From an uncultured Candidatus Saccharibacteria bacterium (GTDB lineage Bacteria > Patescibacteriota > Minisyncoccia > Minisyncoccales > CAYTKG01), in contig CAZCSI010000001.1 in assembly GCA_964501525.1 (NCBI GenBank), positions 1 to 38,200 on the forward strand: a DNA stretch of 38,200 nucleotides, given 5' to 3'. Below are positions 1-7,231 of this stretch, piece by piece. Position numbers and translations under genes: made by a program. The first letter of the stretch is position 1. Each line of letters starts with the position of its first letter. The notes below the pieces were generated by a model that searched no databases, was not told the origin of the DNA, and saw only the letters and a program-made list of their open reading frames with translations.

Positions 1-290
1 TTTATTTTATAAGCTGTCCGCAACTTGACAAGATTGTTTTTCAAGCGATTAAAATCTCGGGTTGCTTCGGCATAAGTGATGATCTTGTAATAACGCCCCT
101 GGATAAAGTGCAGCTCAGAAATAGAAAAAGGAGAAACTCCTCCTCTCAGTTTGGAGTCAATCTTTCTGATTGATTTACCCACCCCCCTGATCATACCGAA
201 CTTTTGGGAGAAGAAAGTAAACTCCTTGTCCGCTTCGCCCTTATCCCTGCCTTCCAGAATCAAAACAGGTGTAGAATAATGTCTGAACAT
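1..290 (-). CDS. recO: DNA repair protein RecO, N-terminal part (gene continues past the left edge)
   Basis: My own minus-strand translation from the ATG at 288-290 gives MFRHYSTPVLILEGRDKGEADKEFTFFSQKFGMIRGVGKSIRKIDSKLRGGVSPFSISELHFIQGRYYKIITYAEA... The GEAD..TFF...G.I..V.K..RK..SKL.G...PF pattern matches the RecO OB-fold N-terminus. The frame stays open to position 1. Confidence 0.55.
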   Translation of the reverse strand, partial: MFRHYSTPVLILEGRDKGEADKEFTFFSQKFGMIRGVGKSIRKIDSKLRGGVSPFSISELHFIQGRYYKIITYAEATRDFNRLKNNLVKLRTAYKI

Positions 291-319
291 AGATCTCTCA
301 ATTAGGCGCCAGTTAGTTC

Positions 320-823
320 TTATAAAGCTTTCAGTATCTTAAGCTCCAGGGTCTGCGCTTTTGTATCCCAAAAAGCAAAAGTAGAAGGATAGCCGAACCC
401 GGCGATATTGCCCGGATTGATAAGATAGCTCTCCCCTGCTCTTTCTTTCCATGGTTTGTGAGTGTGTCCGTAAAAAATAAAGTCAAATTTATTTAAAGCA
501 GCCAACTCTACTGCCTTGGTTTTAAAATGAGTAAAAGCAAAATTAAACCCGTTGTTTCTGCCCGCACTCCAATCTTGAAAAACCCGTTGCTGCCAGTGTT
601 TATTCTTTTCGATCTCTTTCTCCCAGGAAAAACCCTTGTCAGCGTTTCCCAGACAGAGTTTAAAATCACCTGAAAAGTTTTTTAAAGTCTGCTTCCAAAC
701 TTCGGGCCGGCACACGTCTCCACAGTGCACTATCATCTCTGCTTCCTCTTTTTCCACCCAGTCCACTGATTTCCCGAGATTAGAGACATGGTCATGGCTG
801 TCGGAAAAAATAGCAATTTTCAT
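320..823 (-). CDS. Metallophosphoesterase, YfcE/MJ0936-like family
   Basis: The ORF track gives 320..841. Motifs MKIAIFSDSHD, HCGDV, GNAD and GHTHKPW are the calcineurin-like phosphoesterase signature. I prefer the ATG at 823 (MKIAIF) because the track start at 841 is a TTG overlapping the ileS stop. Confidence 0.8.
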   Translation of the reverse strand: MKIAIFSDSHDHVSNLGKSVDWVEKEEAEMIVHCGDVCRPEVWKQTLKNFSGDFKLCLGNADKGFSWEKEIEKNKHWQQRVFQDWSAGRNNGFNFAFTHFKTKAVELAALNKFDFIFYGHTHKPWKERAGESYLINPGNIAGFGYPSTFAFWDTKAQTLELKILKAL

Positions 824-837
824 AATGTAACTTATTC

Positions 838-3774
838 TCAAGCCTTATTGATGCCCAACCACAGACTATTGTCTCCAACCTTCAGCTCCCCCTCGGCCTC
901 TACCTCGTCCGGCTCGGAAAAGACCTTCTCCGTTCTCAGAGAGATGGTTTCTTTCTTTATCTCTTCTTTAAATTGACCAACCACCTCGGTTAGTTCTTCG
1001 TCTCCTCGAAAAAAGACCTCTATTCTCTGCGAAGGGTTCAGTCCTGCTTTTTTACGAAGACGCTGAACGGTTCGTATTATCTCCCGGCAAAGACCTTCCT
1101 CCCTCAGTTCAGGGGTAATCTCTGTCCTCAGGGCCAAAGCGAACCTGTCCTCCTCTTTTACCAACCACTTCTTTTGTTCCGACTTTTCTCCTAACTTTAT
1201 CTTCTCTACAAAAAACACCTCTTTGACATTAAGCTCCTCTTTTATAAGACAAACCAAACCTTCATCTCTTGACAAAGGGCCCCGGAGTTGAATCATCTCC
1301 AACGGCTGTCTGGTTTTAATGCCGGATTCTTTTCTCAAGGAATGACCAAGGCTGCATATCTCTCTCACCTTCTCCATTTTTTCTTCCAGTTTTACGTCTT
1401 GGTATTTTTTACCGAACTGAGGCCAATCTTCAAGATGAACCGATTCTTCTCTGCCAACCTGAAACCACAGTTTTTCAGTTAAAAAAGGGATAAAAGGAGC
1501 CAGAAGCCGGCTAAGGTTTCTAAGAACGACAAGAAAAGTAGCGTAGCAGTCAAGCTTGTCTTCCTCGTCCTCGGCCTGCGGCCCGATTCTGCTGCGGGAG
1601 CGTCTGATATACCACAAAGAAAGATCTTTAACCACAAACTCTTCCAAGCTGTTGGCGGCAGAAACAGGGTCGTATTTTTCTAAAGCCTCCGTTGTCTGTT
1701 GAGCGACGCTTGACAAACGGGAAACTATCCACTTATCCAAAGCTTTATCGCTTCTTCTTTGTTCAACTTTTTTCAGCTTTTTGCTGTCAAGCTCTATGGA
1801 GGCAAACCCTAAAAAGAAACGGAAGCAGTTCCAGAGAATCAGAAAAAATCCTTTTTTTACCTTGCGGGCCAGGTTGTATCCGAAGTTCACAGGAGCACTT
1901 GGATTTTTCTTGAGATAAAGCCAGCGCATAATATCCGCCCCCACGCTCTCCACCGCTTCATCATAAGGAATACCGTTCCCTTTGCTTTTACTCATCCTCT
2001 CCCCTTTTTCATCTCTTACTTCATCGTAGCTAAGCACCTCTTTGTAGGGCATTGCGCCTTCAAGTATAACTCCGTAAACAAGCATGGAGTAGTACCACAA
2101 TCGCACCTGTTCAATCATCTCCGAGATAAAGTCCGCCGGAAACCATTTTTTCCAATAAGTTTTGTCTTCCAGATAGTGCAGAGTAGAAAAAGGCACCACC
2201 CCGGCATCAAGCCAGCAGTCTCCAACCTCTGACACCCTTTGCACAACTTTGCCGCACTGAGAGCACCTTATCTCGATTTTGTCGATCCAGGGCCGATGCA
2301 GACTTGGCAGCCCGTCCACCTTTTCAGGGTTGACAGCTTTCGATTTCAACTCTTCCTTACTCCCTATCACTGTCAGCTCACCACATTCTCCGCATTCATA
2401 AAAAGGAAGAGCCAAGCCGTAGAACCTTCTGCGGCTTATCATCCAATCCCCCATATTCTCCAGCCAGTCATCCATCCGTTTTCCAACATAAGAAGGGTTC
2501 CAGTTTATTTTTTCAGCCGTTTTCCTAAGGTCTTCTTTTATTTTCTGACAATTAATAAACCAATTGTCTTCTAAACGAAACAGGGTTTTGGTTTTACACC
2601 GCCAGCAGTGAGGATAAGAATGGGTAATCTGTTCCGTCTTGTAAAACAACCCCTTTTCTTTAAGGTGCGCGACAACCTGGTCCGAGACATTATGAGCGTA
2701 GGCTCCGGTTAGACTTCCATACCCGGACACAAACCTGCCGTCTTCAGTCAGGGGCGACAAGGCAGGTGCATTGAGCTGCTGACCGAGGTCAAAATCCTCC
2801 TCCCCGCATCCAGGGGCGATATGAACTATACCGGTTCCTTCTTTTTCTCCAACCAGCTGCCAATTAACCACATAATGCTGGTCTATGTCTTTTTGCGCCT
2901 CGATGTCGGGATAAGGCGGAGCGTATTCCAGCCCGAGCAACTCATTGGAATCAATTTTCTCATAATTTTGAAAATTAAGGCGCTTGGCCGCTTCTTCTCC
3001 CAGATAATAAATCTTTGAATTGTCTTCAACCCGCACGTATTCAATATCGGGGTTGACAGCCAATAAAATATTGGCTGGAAGGGTCCAGGGTGTGGTGGTC
3101 CAAACCAATAAGTATTCGTTGTCTCTTTCTTTAATCGGAAACTTGGCATAGACCGATTGTTCGGTAATTATCTTATAACCGTCCGCCTGCTCGTGTTTGG
3201 AAAGGCCTGTTTCGCAGCGAGGGCACCAGGCAGTTACGGAATGGCTCTTATAAATCAAACCTTTTTCGTAACATTTTTTCAAAAAGAACCAAATGTGAAG
3301 GTTGTTCTCCTCTGACATGGTGAAGTAGGAGTTGTCCCAGTCCATAAAATACCCTAAACGCTGAGACTGGTCCGTGATTTTCCGAGCGAATTTTCTCACC
3401 CGCTTTTTACACGCCTGAGTAAACTCGGCCAAACCGTATTTCTCAATATCTTTTTTACTGTTGAACCCGAGAGCTTTCTCCACCTCAACCTCAACCCAAA
3501 GACCCTGGCAGTCGAATCCGTTCTGAAACCTCTGCTTAAATCCCTGCATGTTCTTAAATCTTTGAAAGAGGTCTTTAATCGCCCGGCCTCTTGCGTGATG
3601 AACCCCCATAGGGTTGTTGGCGGTAATGGGGCCGTCAATAAAAGAAAAGCGTTTAGTGGTATTCTCATTTCTTTTCAAATACTTCTGTATGGTATCGTGT
3701 TTCTTCCAATAACTCATCACTTTTTTCTCTATTTCAGGAAGATTCAATTTTGAAGGCAGTGGTTTAAAGTTCAT
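838..3774 (-). CDS. ileS: Isoleucyl-tRNA synthetase
   Basis: 978 aa. It has the class I HIGH-type motif (PMGVHHARG), KMSKSKGN, a CP1 editing region and Zn-binding CxxC pairs (CPRCE, CWRCK, CGECG, CSQCG). The stop is TGA at 838-840. Confidence 0.95.
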   Translation of the reverse strand: MNFKPLPSKLNLPEIEKKVMSYWKKHDTIQKYLKRNENTTKRFSFIDGPITANNPMGVHHARGRAIKDLFQRFKNMQGFKQRFQNGFDCQGLWVEVEVEKALGFNSKKDIEKYGLAEFTQACKKRVRKFARKITDQSQRLGYFMDWDNSYFTMSEENNLHIWFFLKKCYEKGLIYKSHSVTAWCPRCETGLSKHEQADGYKIITEQSVYAKFPIKERDNEYLLVWTTTPWTLPANILLAVNPDIEYVRVEDNSKIYYLGEEAAKRLNFQNYEKIDSNELLGLEYAPPYPDIEAQKDIDQHYVVNWQLVGEKEGTGIVHIAPGCGEEDFDLGQQLNAPALSPLTEDGRFVSGYGSLTGAYAHNVSDQVVAHLKEKGLFYKTEQITHSYPHCWRCKTKTLFRLEDNWFINCQKIKEDLRKTAEKINWNPSYVGKRMDDWLENMGDWMISRRRFYGLALPFYECGECGELTVIGSKEELKSKAVNPEKVDGLPSLHRPWIDKIEIRCSQCGKVVQRVSEVGDCWLDAGVVPFSTLHYLEDKTYWKKWFPADFISEMIEQVRLWYYSMLVYGVILEGAMPYKEVLSYDEVRDEKGERMSKSKGNGIPYDEAVESVGADIMRWLYLKKNPSAPVNFGYNLARKVKKGFFLILWNCFRFFLGFASIELDSKKLKKVEQRRSDKALDKWIVSRLSSVAQQTTEALEKYDPVSAANSLEEFVVKDLSLWYIRRSRSRIGPQAEDEEDKLDCYATFLVVLRNLSRLLAPFIPFLTEKLWFQVGREESVHLEDWPQFGKKYQDVKLEEKMEKVREICSLGHSLRKESGIKTRQPLEMIQLRGPLSRDEGLVCLIKEELNVKEVFFVEKIKLGEKSEQKKWLVKEEDRFALALRTEITPELREEGLCREIIRTVQRLRKKAGLNPSQRIEVFFRGDEELTEVVGQFKEEIKKETISLRTEKVFSEPDEVEAEGELKVGDNSLWLGINKA

Positions 3775-3901
3775 AATTCATCTAATTTTAATTTACTTTT
3801 ACTCATCTTAAGCCTTTTCTCATCTTAAGTGATTTTTAAAAGAATTAAAAGCCCCTTTGTTATCCTTGATTCTTAGCCCTTTATTCTTTATCCTATAATT
3901 A

Positions 3902-4357
3902 ATGCCTGTTTTAGCTCAAAATAAAAAAGCGTATTATGATTATCAGGTCCTTGAAAAATATGAAGCCGGGATCGTTTTAAACGGGCAGGAGGTTAAATCC
4001 ATAAAAACAGGAAGAGTGAGCATCAAAGGGAGTTATGTCAAAATCAGAAACGGAGAGGCTTTTCTGATCGGAGCAACAATCCCTCCTTATCAACCTGCCA
4101 ATGCGCCGGCAAACTACAACCCTCAAAGAGAAAGAAAGCTCCTTTTAAAGAAAAAGCAGCTGAACTATCTTATGGGCAAAACACGCATCAAGGGGTTGAC
4201 GCTCCTCCCCTTGAAAGTATATACTAAGAATGGTTTAATTAAAGTCCAGATAGGATTGGCAGAAGGCAAGAGAAAAGAGGACAAAAGAGAAAAGATCAAA
4301 GAAAGAGAAGCACAGAGAAGAATAAGAAGAGCGTTGAAGAAGGGGATGCATGAATAG
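3902..4357 (+). CDS. smpB: SsrA-binding protein SmpB
   Basis: 151 aa. KKAYYDYQVLEKYEAGIVLNGQEVKSIK...LLLKKKQL plus a basic C-terminal tail are typical of SmpB. It sits directly upstream of the tmRNA. Confidence 0.95.
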   Translation: MPVLAQNKKAYYDYQVLEKYEAGIVLNGQEVKSIKTGRVSIKGSYVKIRNGEAFLIGATIPPYQPANAPANYNPQRERKLLLKKKQLNYLMGKTRIKGLTLLPLKVYTKNGLIKVQIGLAEGKRKEDKREKIKEREAQRRIRRALKKGMHE

Positions 4358-4689
4358 ACAAAAATACGGACCAAAAGATGCAAACCCAGTTTCCTAAATA
4401 CTGGTAAAACAATTAGGAAAGAAATTAAGTGCCAACTTATTTTCACCTCAACCTGCCATGGCCTACGCCTAAGGCAGGGCCCTCCTGATAATTCTCGATA
4501 GTCAGAAAGGGTTCAAAAATCGAGATAGGCGCCTCTTCCCGCCCTGAAAGAAGCGCCGAAACAAAAGGGCTATGAGAGTCGGGATTTTGTCCGCTTTAGA
4601 CCCCACTCTTTGAAAACCAAAAGGCGGACTAAGTTTGTAGATATCCTTGGAAGGTATTTTTGGACGAGGGTTCAATCCCTCCATCTCCA
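4342..4689 (+). ncRNA. ssrA: tmRNA (SsrA), about 348 nt, CCA not encoded
   Basis: The 5' GGGGATG (4342-4348) pairs with the 3' CATCTCC (4682-4688) including a G3:U70 wobble, and the discriminator is A at 4689. The T-arm-like GGACGAGGGTTCAATCCCTCC and the conserved GGACTAAG-TTGTAG match the E. coli 3' region. The in-frame tag GCC AAC TTA TTT TCA CCT CAA CCT GCC ATG GCC TAC GCC TAA (4431-4472) encodes ANLFSPQPAMAYA. The resume codon is at RNA position 90. Confidence 0.85.
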
Positions 4690-4698
4690 CATAATTTT

Positions 4699-5220
4699 AT
4701 TTGCAAAAATATCGCAAAGACAAAAAAGAACAATCAAATAAGAGCCAAAGAGGTGCGGTTGATCGACCAGAAAGGAGATAATCTGGGAGTTGTTCCTTTT
4801 CAAGAGGCCCTTAAAAAGGCGGAAGAAAAGGGGCTGGACCTGGTTCAAATCACAGACAAGACAACCCCGCCGGTCTGCAAAATAAAGGATTACGGAAAAT
4901 ATCTTTACGACCAAAAAAAGAAAGAACAGAAAAGCACTCAATCCAACAAGGCCGGAGAATTAAAAGAGGTTCAGCTTACCTTCAGCATCTCCAGTCATGA
5001 TCTGGAAAATAGAAAAAAAAGAATTATGGATTTTTTGAATGAAGGTTATAAGGTGCGTGTGCGAATGCGGTTAAGAGGTAGAGAGCATGCCTTGCTGGAT
5101 TTTGCCAAGCAGAAAATGAACGATTTCTTGGAAAAATTAAACCAAGAAATTGAAGTCAAGACGGAGAGAGGGCTCAAAAAAGAAAGAGGAGGGCTGGCTA
5201 CAATCATCAGAAAGAAATAG
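4699..5220 (+). CDS. infC: Translation initiation factor IF-3, probable non-AUG (ATT) start
   Basis: KNNQIRAKEVRLIDQKGDNLGVVPFQEALKKAEEKGLDLVQI aligns with E. coli RINGEIRAQEVRL... The track start (TTG 4660) lies inside the tmRNA. No ATG/GTG/TTG occurs in frame between the tmRNA end (4689) and the conserved N-terminus, only ATT (4699) and ATC (4711). Confidence 0.85.
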   Translation: MCKNIAKTKKNNQIRAKEVRLIDQKGDNLGVVPFQEALKKAEEKGLDLVQITDKTTPPVCKIKDYGKYLYDQKKKEQKSTQSNKAGELKEVQLTFSISSHDLENRKKRIMDFLNEGYKVRVRMRLRGREHALLDFAKQKMNDFLEKLNQEIEVKTERGLKKERGGLATIIRKK

Positions 5221-5237
5221 AATCCACGATAATTAAT

Positions 5238-5435
5238 ATGGCGAAAGGAAAAACAAGAAAATCTCTGGAAAAGAGGTTTAAAATAACAAAGAACGGCAAG
5301 GTTTTACGGCGGGTCACCGGCCAGAATCATTTTCGTGCCAAAAAATCCGGAAAACAGAAAAGGAAAAAAAAGGGATGGGTGCCCGTTTCTAAGGGTGAAG
5401 CGAAAATAATTAAAAAACTGCTGAAAACCGGTTAG
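5238..5435 (+). CDS. rpmI: 50S ribosomal protein L35
   Basis: 65 aa, MAKGKTRKSLEKRFKITKNGKVLRRVTGQNHFRAKKSGKQKR. It occupies the canonical infC-rpmI-rplT position. Confidence 0.95.
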   Translation: MAKGKTRKSLEKRFKITKNGKVLRRVTGQNHFRAKKSGKQKRKKKGWVPVSKGEAKIIKKLLKTG

Positions 5436-5448
5436 TAATTTCACATAT

Positions 5449-5799
5449 ATGCCAAGGGCAAAAAAGGGTGGAAAACAAAGAAAAGAAAGAAAGAAAAAGC
5501 TTGTAAAAGAAGCTAAAGGTTATCGTTGGCAAAGAAGTAAAAAATACAGAGCCGCCAAAGAAGCCCGCCTCAAAGCGCTGAAGTATGCTTACCGCGACCG
5601 AAAAGTCCGCAAAAGAGAAAAAAGAAAATTGTGGCAGGCTCAAATCAACGCAGCCTGCCGGCAGCACGGCCTCCCCTACTCTCAATTCATCAATCTTCTT
5701 AAAAAACAAAACATAGGCTTGGACCGTAAAGTTTTAGCCGAGCTTGCTAAAACCAAGCCTGACATTTTTGAAAAAATAGTGGACAAGGTTAAGAAGTAG
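5449..5799 (+). CDS. rplT: 50S ribosomal protein L20
   Basis: 116 aa, MPRAKKG...KGYRWQRSKKYRAAKEARLKALKYAYRDRKVRKREKRKLWQAQINAACRQHGLPYSQFI. Confidence 0.95.
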   Translation: MPRAKKGGKQRKERKKKLVKEAKGYRWQRSKKYRAAKEARLKALKYAYRDRKVRKREKRKLWQAQINAACRQHGLPYSQFINLLKKQNIGLDRKVLAELAKTKPDIFEKIVDKVKK

Positions 5800-5820
5800 A
5801 AAAATCAAAAACAGAACACA

Positions 5821-5855
5821 AAACAAACCACTATTCGGTGGTTTGTTTTATTTAT
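5821..5855 (+). terminator. Rho-independent terminator after rplT
   Basis: An 11-bp perfect stem (AAACAAACCAC at 5821-5831, GTGGTTTGTTT at 5838-5848) with a 6-nt loop, followed by TTATTTATT. Confidence 0.7.
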
Positions 5856-5885
5856 TGCCAATCCGTTCAATGCCTCGCAGTACGG

Positions 5886-6017
5886 CTAACCGAAACTAAA
5901 TATGCTTCTTATAAAGGAAAAGTCATAGAAAAAAATCAAATAAACTAAAACAGCCCCGAGAATAAAAAAGGCTGCCAATAAACAAAGCAGGGATTTTTCG
6001 TTTGTTATTTTACTCAT
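5886..6017 (-). CDS. Possible 43-aa single-TM small protein (below the ORF-track cutoff)
   Basis: My own translation gives MSKITNEKSLLCLLAAFFILGAVLVYLIFFYDFSFIRSIFSFG*. It has one hydrophobic helix and is co-directional with, and 36 nt downstream of, the DUF2177 gene. There is no homology evidence. Confidence 0.25.
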   Translation of the reverse strand: MSKITNEKSLLCLLAAFFILGAVLVYLIFFYDFSFIRSIFSFG

Positions 6018-6053
6018 ACTTATTGTGAAAAATATATTAAATATGTTGTAAGC

Positions 6054-6461
6054 CTAAACAAGCAGGCCGGCTATCAAGTAGGAAGCAACCGAGACCAGTG
6101 AAGAAACAAAAGTCCCCCAGGCAACATCTACCACGGTCACAGCCAGCGGCCAGTCCTTCAGGGTGGCTTGGTTGGTTAAGTCATAAGTGGCGTAACAAAA
6201 AAAACCGAACAGGGCGCCGTACAAAGCGGCTTGAGCAAGGGAGCCTTTTTCAAGGGCCGGAAAGACACCAAAAACAATGATCCCGGCCGTAAAAAGAAAA
6301 TAAAGTGAAAGAGCCGGCGCCCACCTTATATTCTCATCCAGAAATCCTGATAACTGCTTTTGGTAAAAAGACCGGGCCGCAACTCCCAGCCAGACCATAT
6401 CCACTCCTAAAAAGAAAACAGCTGTCAAAACGTAAAGTAAAATTGTTTTTTGTATAGTCAT
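6054..6461 (-). CDS. DUF2177-family integral membrane protein
   Basis: 135 aa with about 4 TM segments. The N-terminal FFLGVDMVWLGVAARSFYQKQL and the YATYDLTN motif resemble the DUF2177 family as I recall it. Confidence 0.55.
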   Translation of the reverse strand: MTIQKTILLYVLTAVFFLGVDMVWLGVAARSFYQKQLSGFLDENIRWAPALSLYFLFTAGIIVFGVFPALEKGSLAQAALYGALFGFFCYATYDLTNQATLKDWPLAVTVVDVAWGTFVSSLVSVASYLIAGLLV

Positions 6462-6548
6462 ATTTGTTGTTATTTACGGGTTGCTGCTTAACTGCTAATA
6501 TTGTTTGCTTTTCCGGCCGCAACGCAAGCCTTATTCTTTAGGCGCTTT

Positions 6549-7139
6549 TTACTCGCAGCGCGGCATATCCGGCGGGCAAACCCCGCCGATACAACACCCC
6601 GGATGATCGTAAGGCATACTTCCATGAGATCGACAGGGGCCGGAAAGACACCAAAAGGCAGAACTGTAATAATCGAAATCATCGGCCCAGGACTCTTTGG
6701 GAAAGGTGCAGCTGTCCGGATCGTTATACTCGCAAAACCTGATGCTTATCTGATAAACCTCTCCTTCCGGCGGATAGGAGAGAGTGCCGGCATCCGGGTT
6801 GTTAGAGTTTGAGTCCCAGTAATCCCAGTCGTAAAAAGAATTAAGCCAAGGCGGGTCGGGCCAATCGGAGGAAGCAAGATAATCTTCCAGTCCGCTGGGC
6901 ATACCTCTGTCCACATCAGCAGGATAGTTAAAGTTATGGTCCAACATATAAAGGTGAAGGGCTTTTTCAATACTCCTTAATTCGCCTTTAGCTCTAGCAT
7001 AATAGGCTCTGTCAATCGCTTTCCTGACAGCAGCTAAAAGTAAAGAAGATAAAATAGCTAAAATCGCAACAACCACTAAAAGCTCTATCAAAGTAAATCC
7101 GGCTTTTTGGAGATTATAACTTTCCCGCTTTTTTTTCAT
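6549..7139 (-). CDS. Prepilin-type N-terminal cleavage/methylation domain protein (orphan pseudopilin)
   Basis: The leader MKKKRESYNLQKAG is followed by FTLIELLVVVAILAILSSLLL (G|FTLIE signature). The C-terminus is Cys-rich: CRSHGSMPYDHPGCCIGGVCPPDMPRCE. Confidence 0.8.
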   Translation of the reverse strand: MKKKRESYNLQKAGFTLIELLVVVAILAILSSLLLAAVRKAIDRAYYARAKGELRSIEKALHLYMLDHNFNYPADVDRGMPSGLEDYLASSDWPDPPWLNSFYDWDYWDSNSNNPDAGTLSYPPEGEVYQISIRFCEYNDPDSCTFPKESWADDFDYYSSAFWCLSGPCRSHGSMPYDHPGCCIGGVCPPDMPRCE

Positions 7140-7231
7140 TTTTCTCGAAAACCTGCTAATTTATTCATACTACCTTAATTTAGGGTTGTTTCTCAAGCGT
7201 TTCAGCAACCCTAATTTCCTTCTTCACAGCC

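Noticed and set aside
3775-3901. A T-box leader upstream of ileS
   Set aside because: The whole spacer is 127 nt and is shared with the divergent smpB. There is no T-box sequence, specifier loop or terminator/antiterminator pair.
4660-4698. The TTG at 4660 as the infC start (ORF-track coordinate)
   Set aside because: It lies inside the tmRNA T-arm and acceptor stem. The translated extension (MDEGSIPPSPHNF) is simply the tmRNA 3' end read as protein.
7180-7214. A 9-bp stem (TTAGGGTTG/CAACCCTAA) after polX as a terminator
   Set aside because: It has a 17-nt loop and no U-tract on the minus strand, so it is too weak to call.
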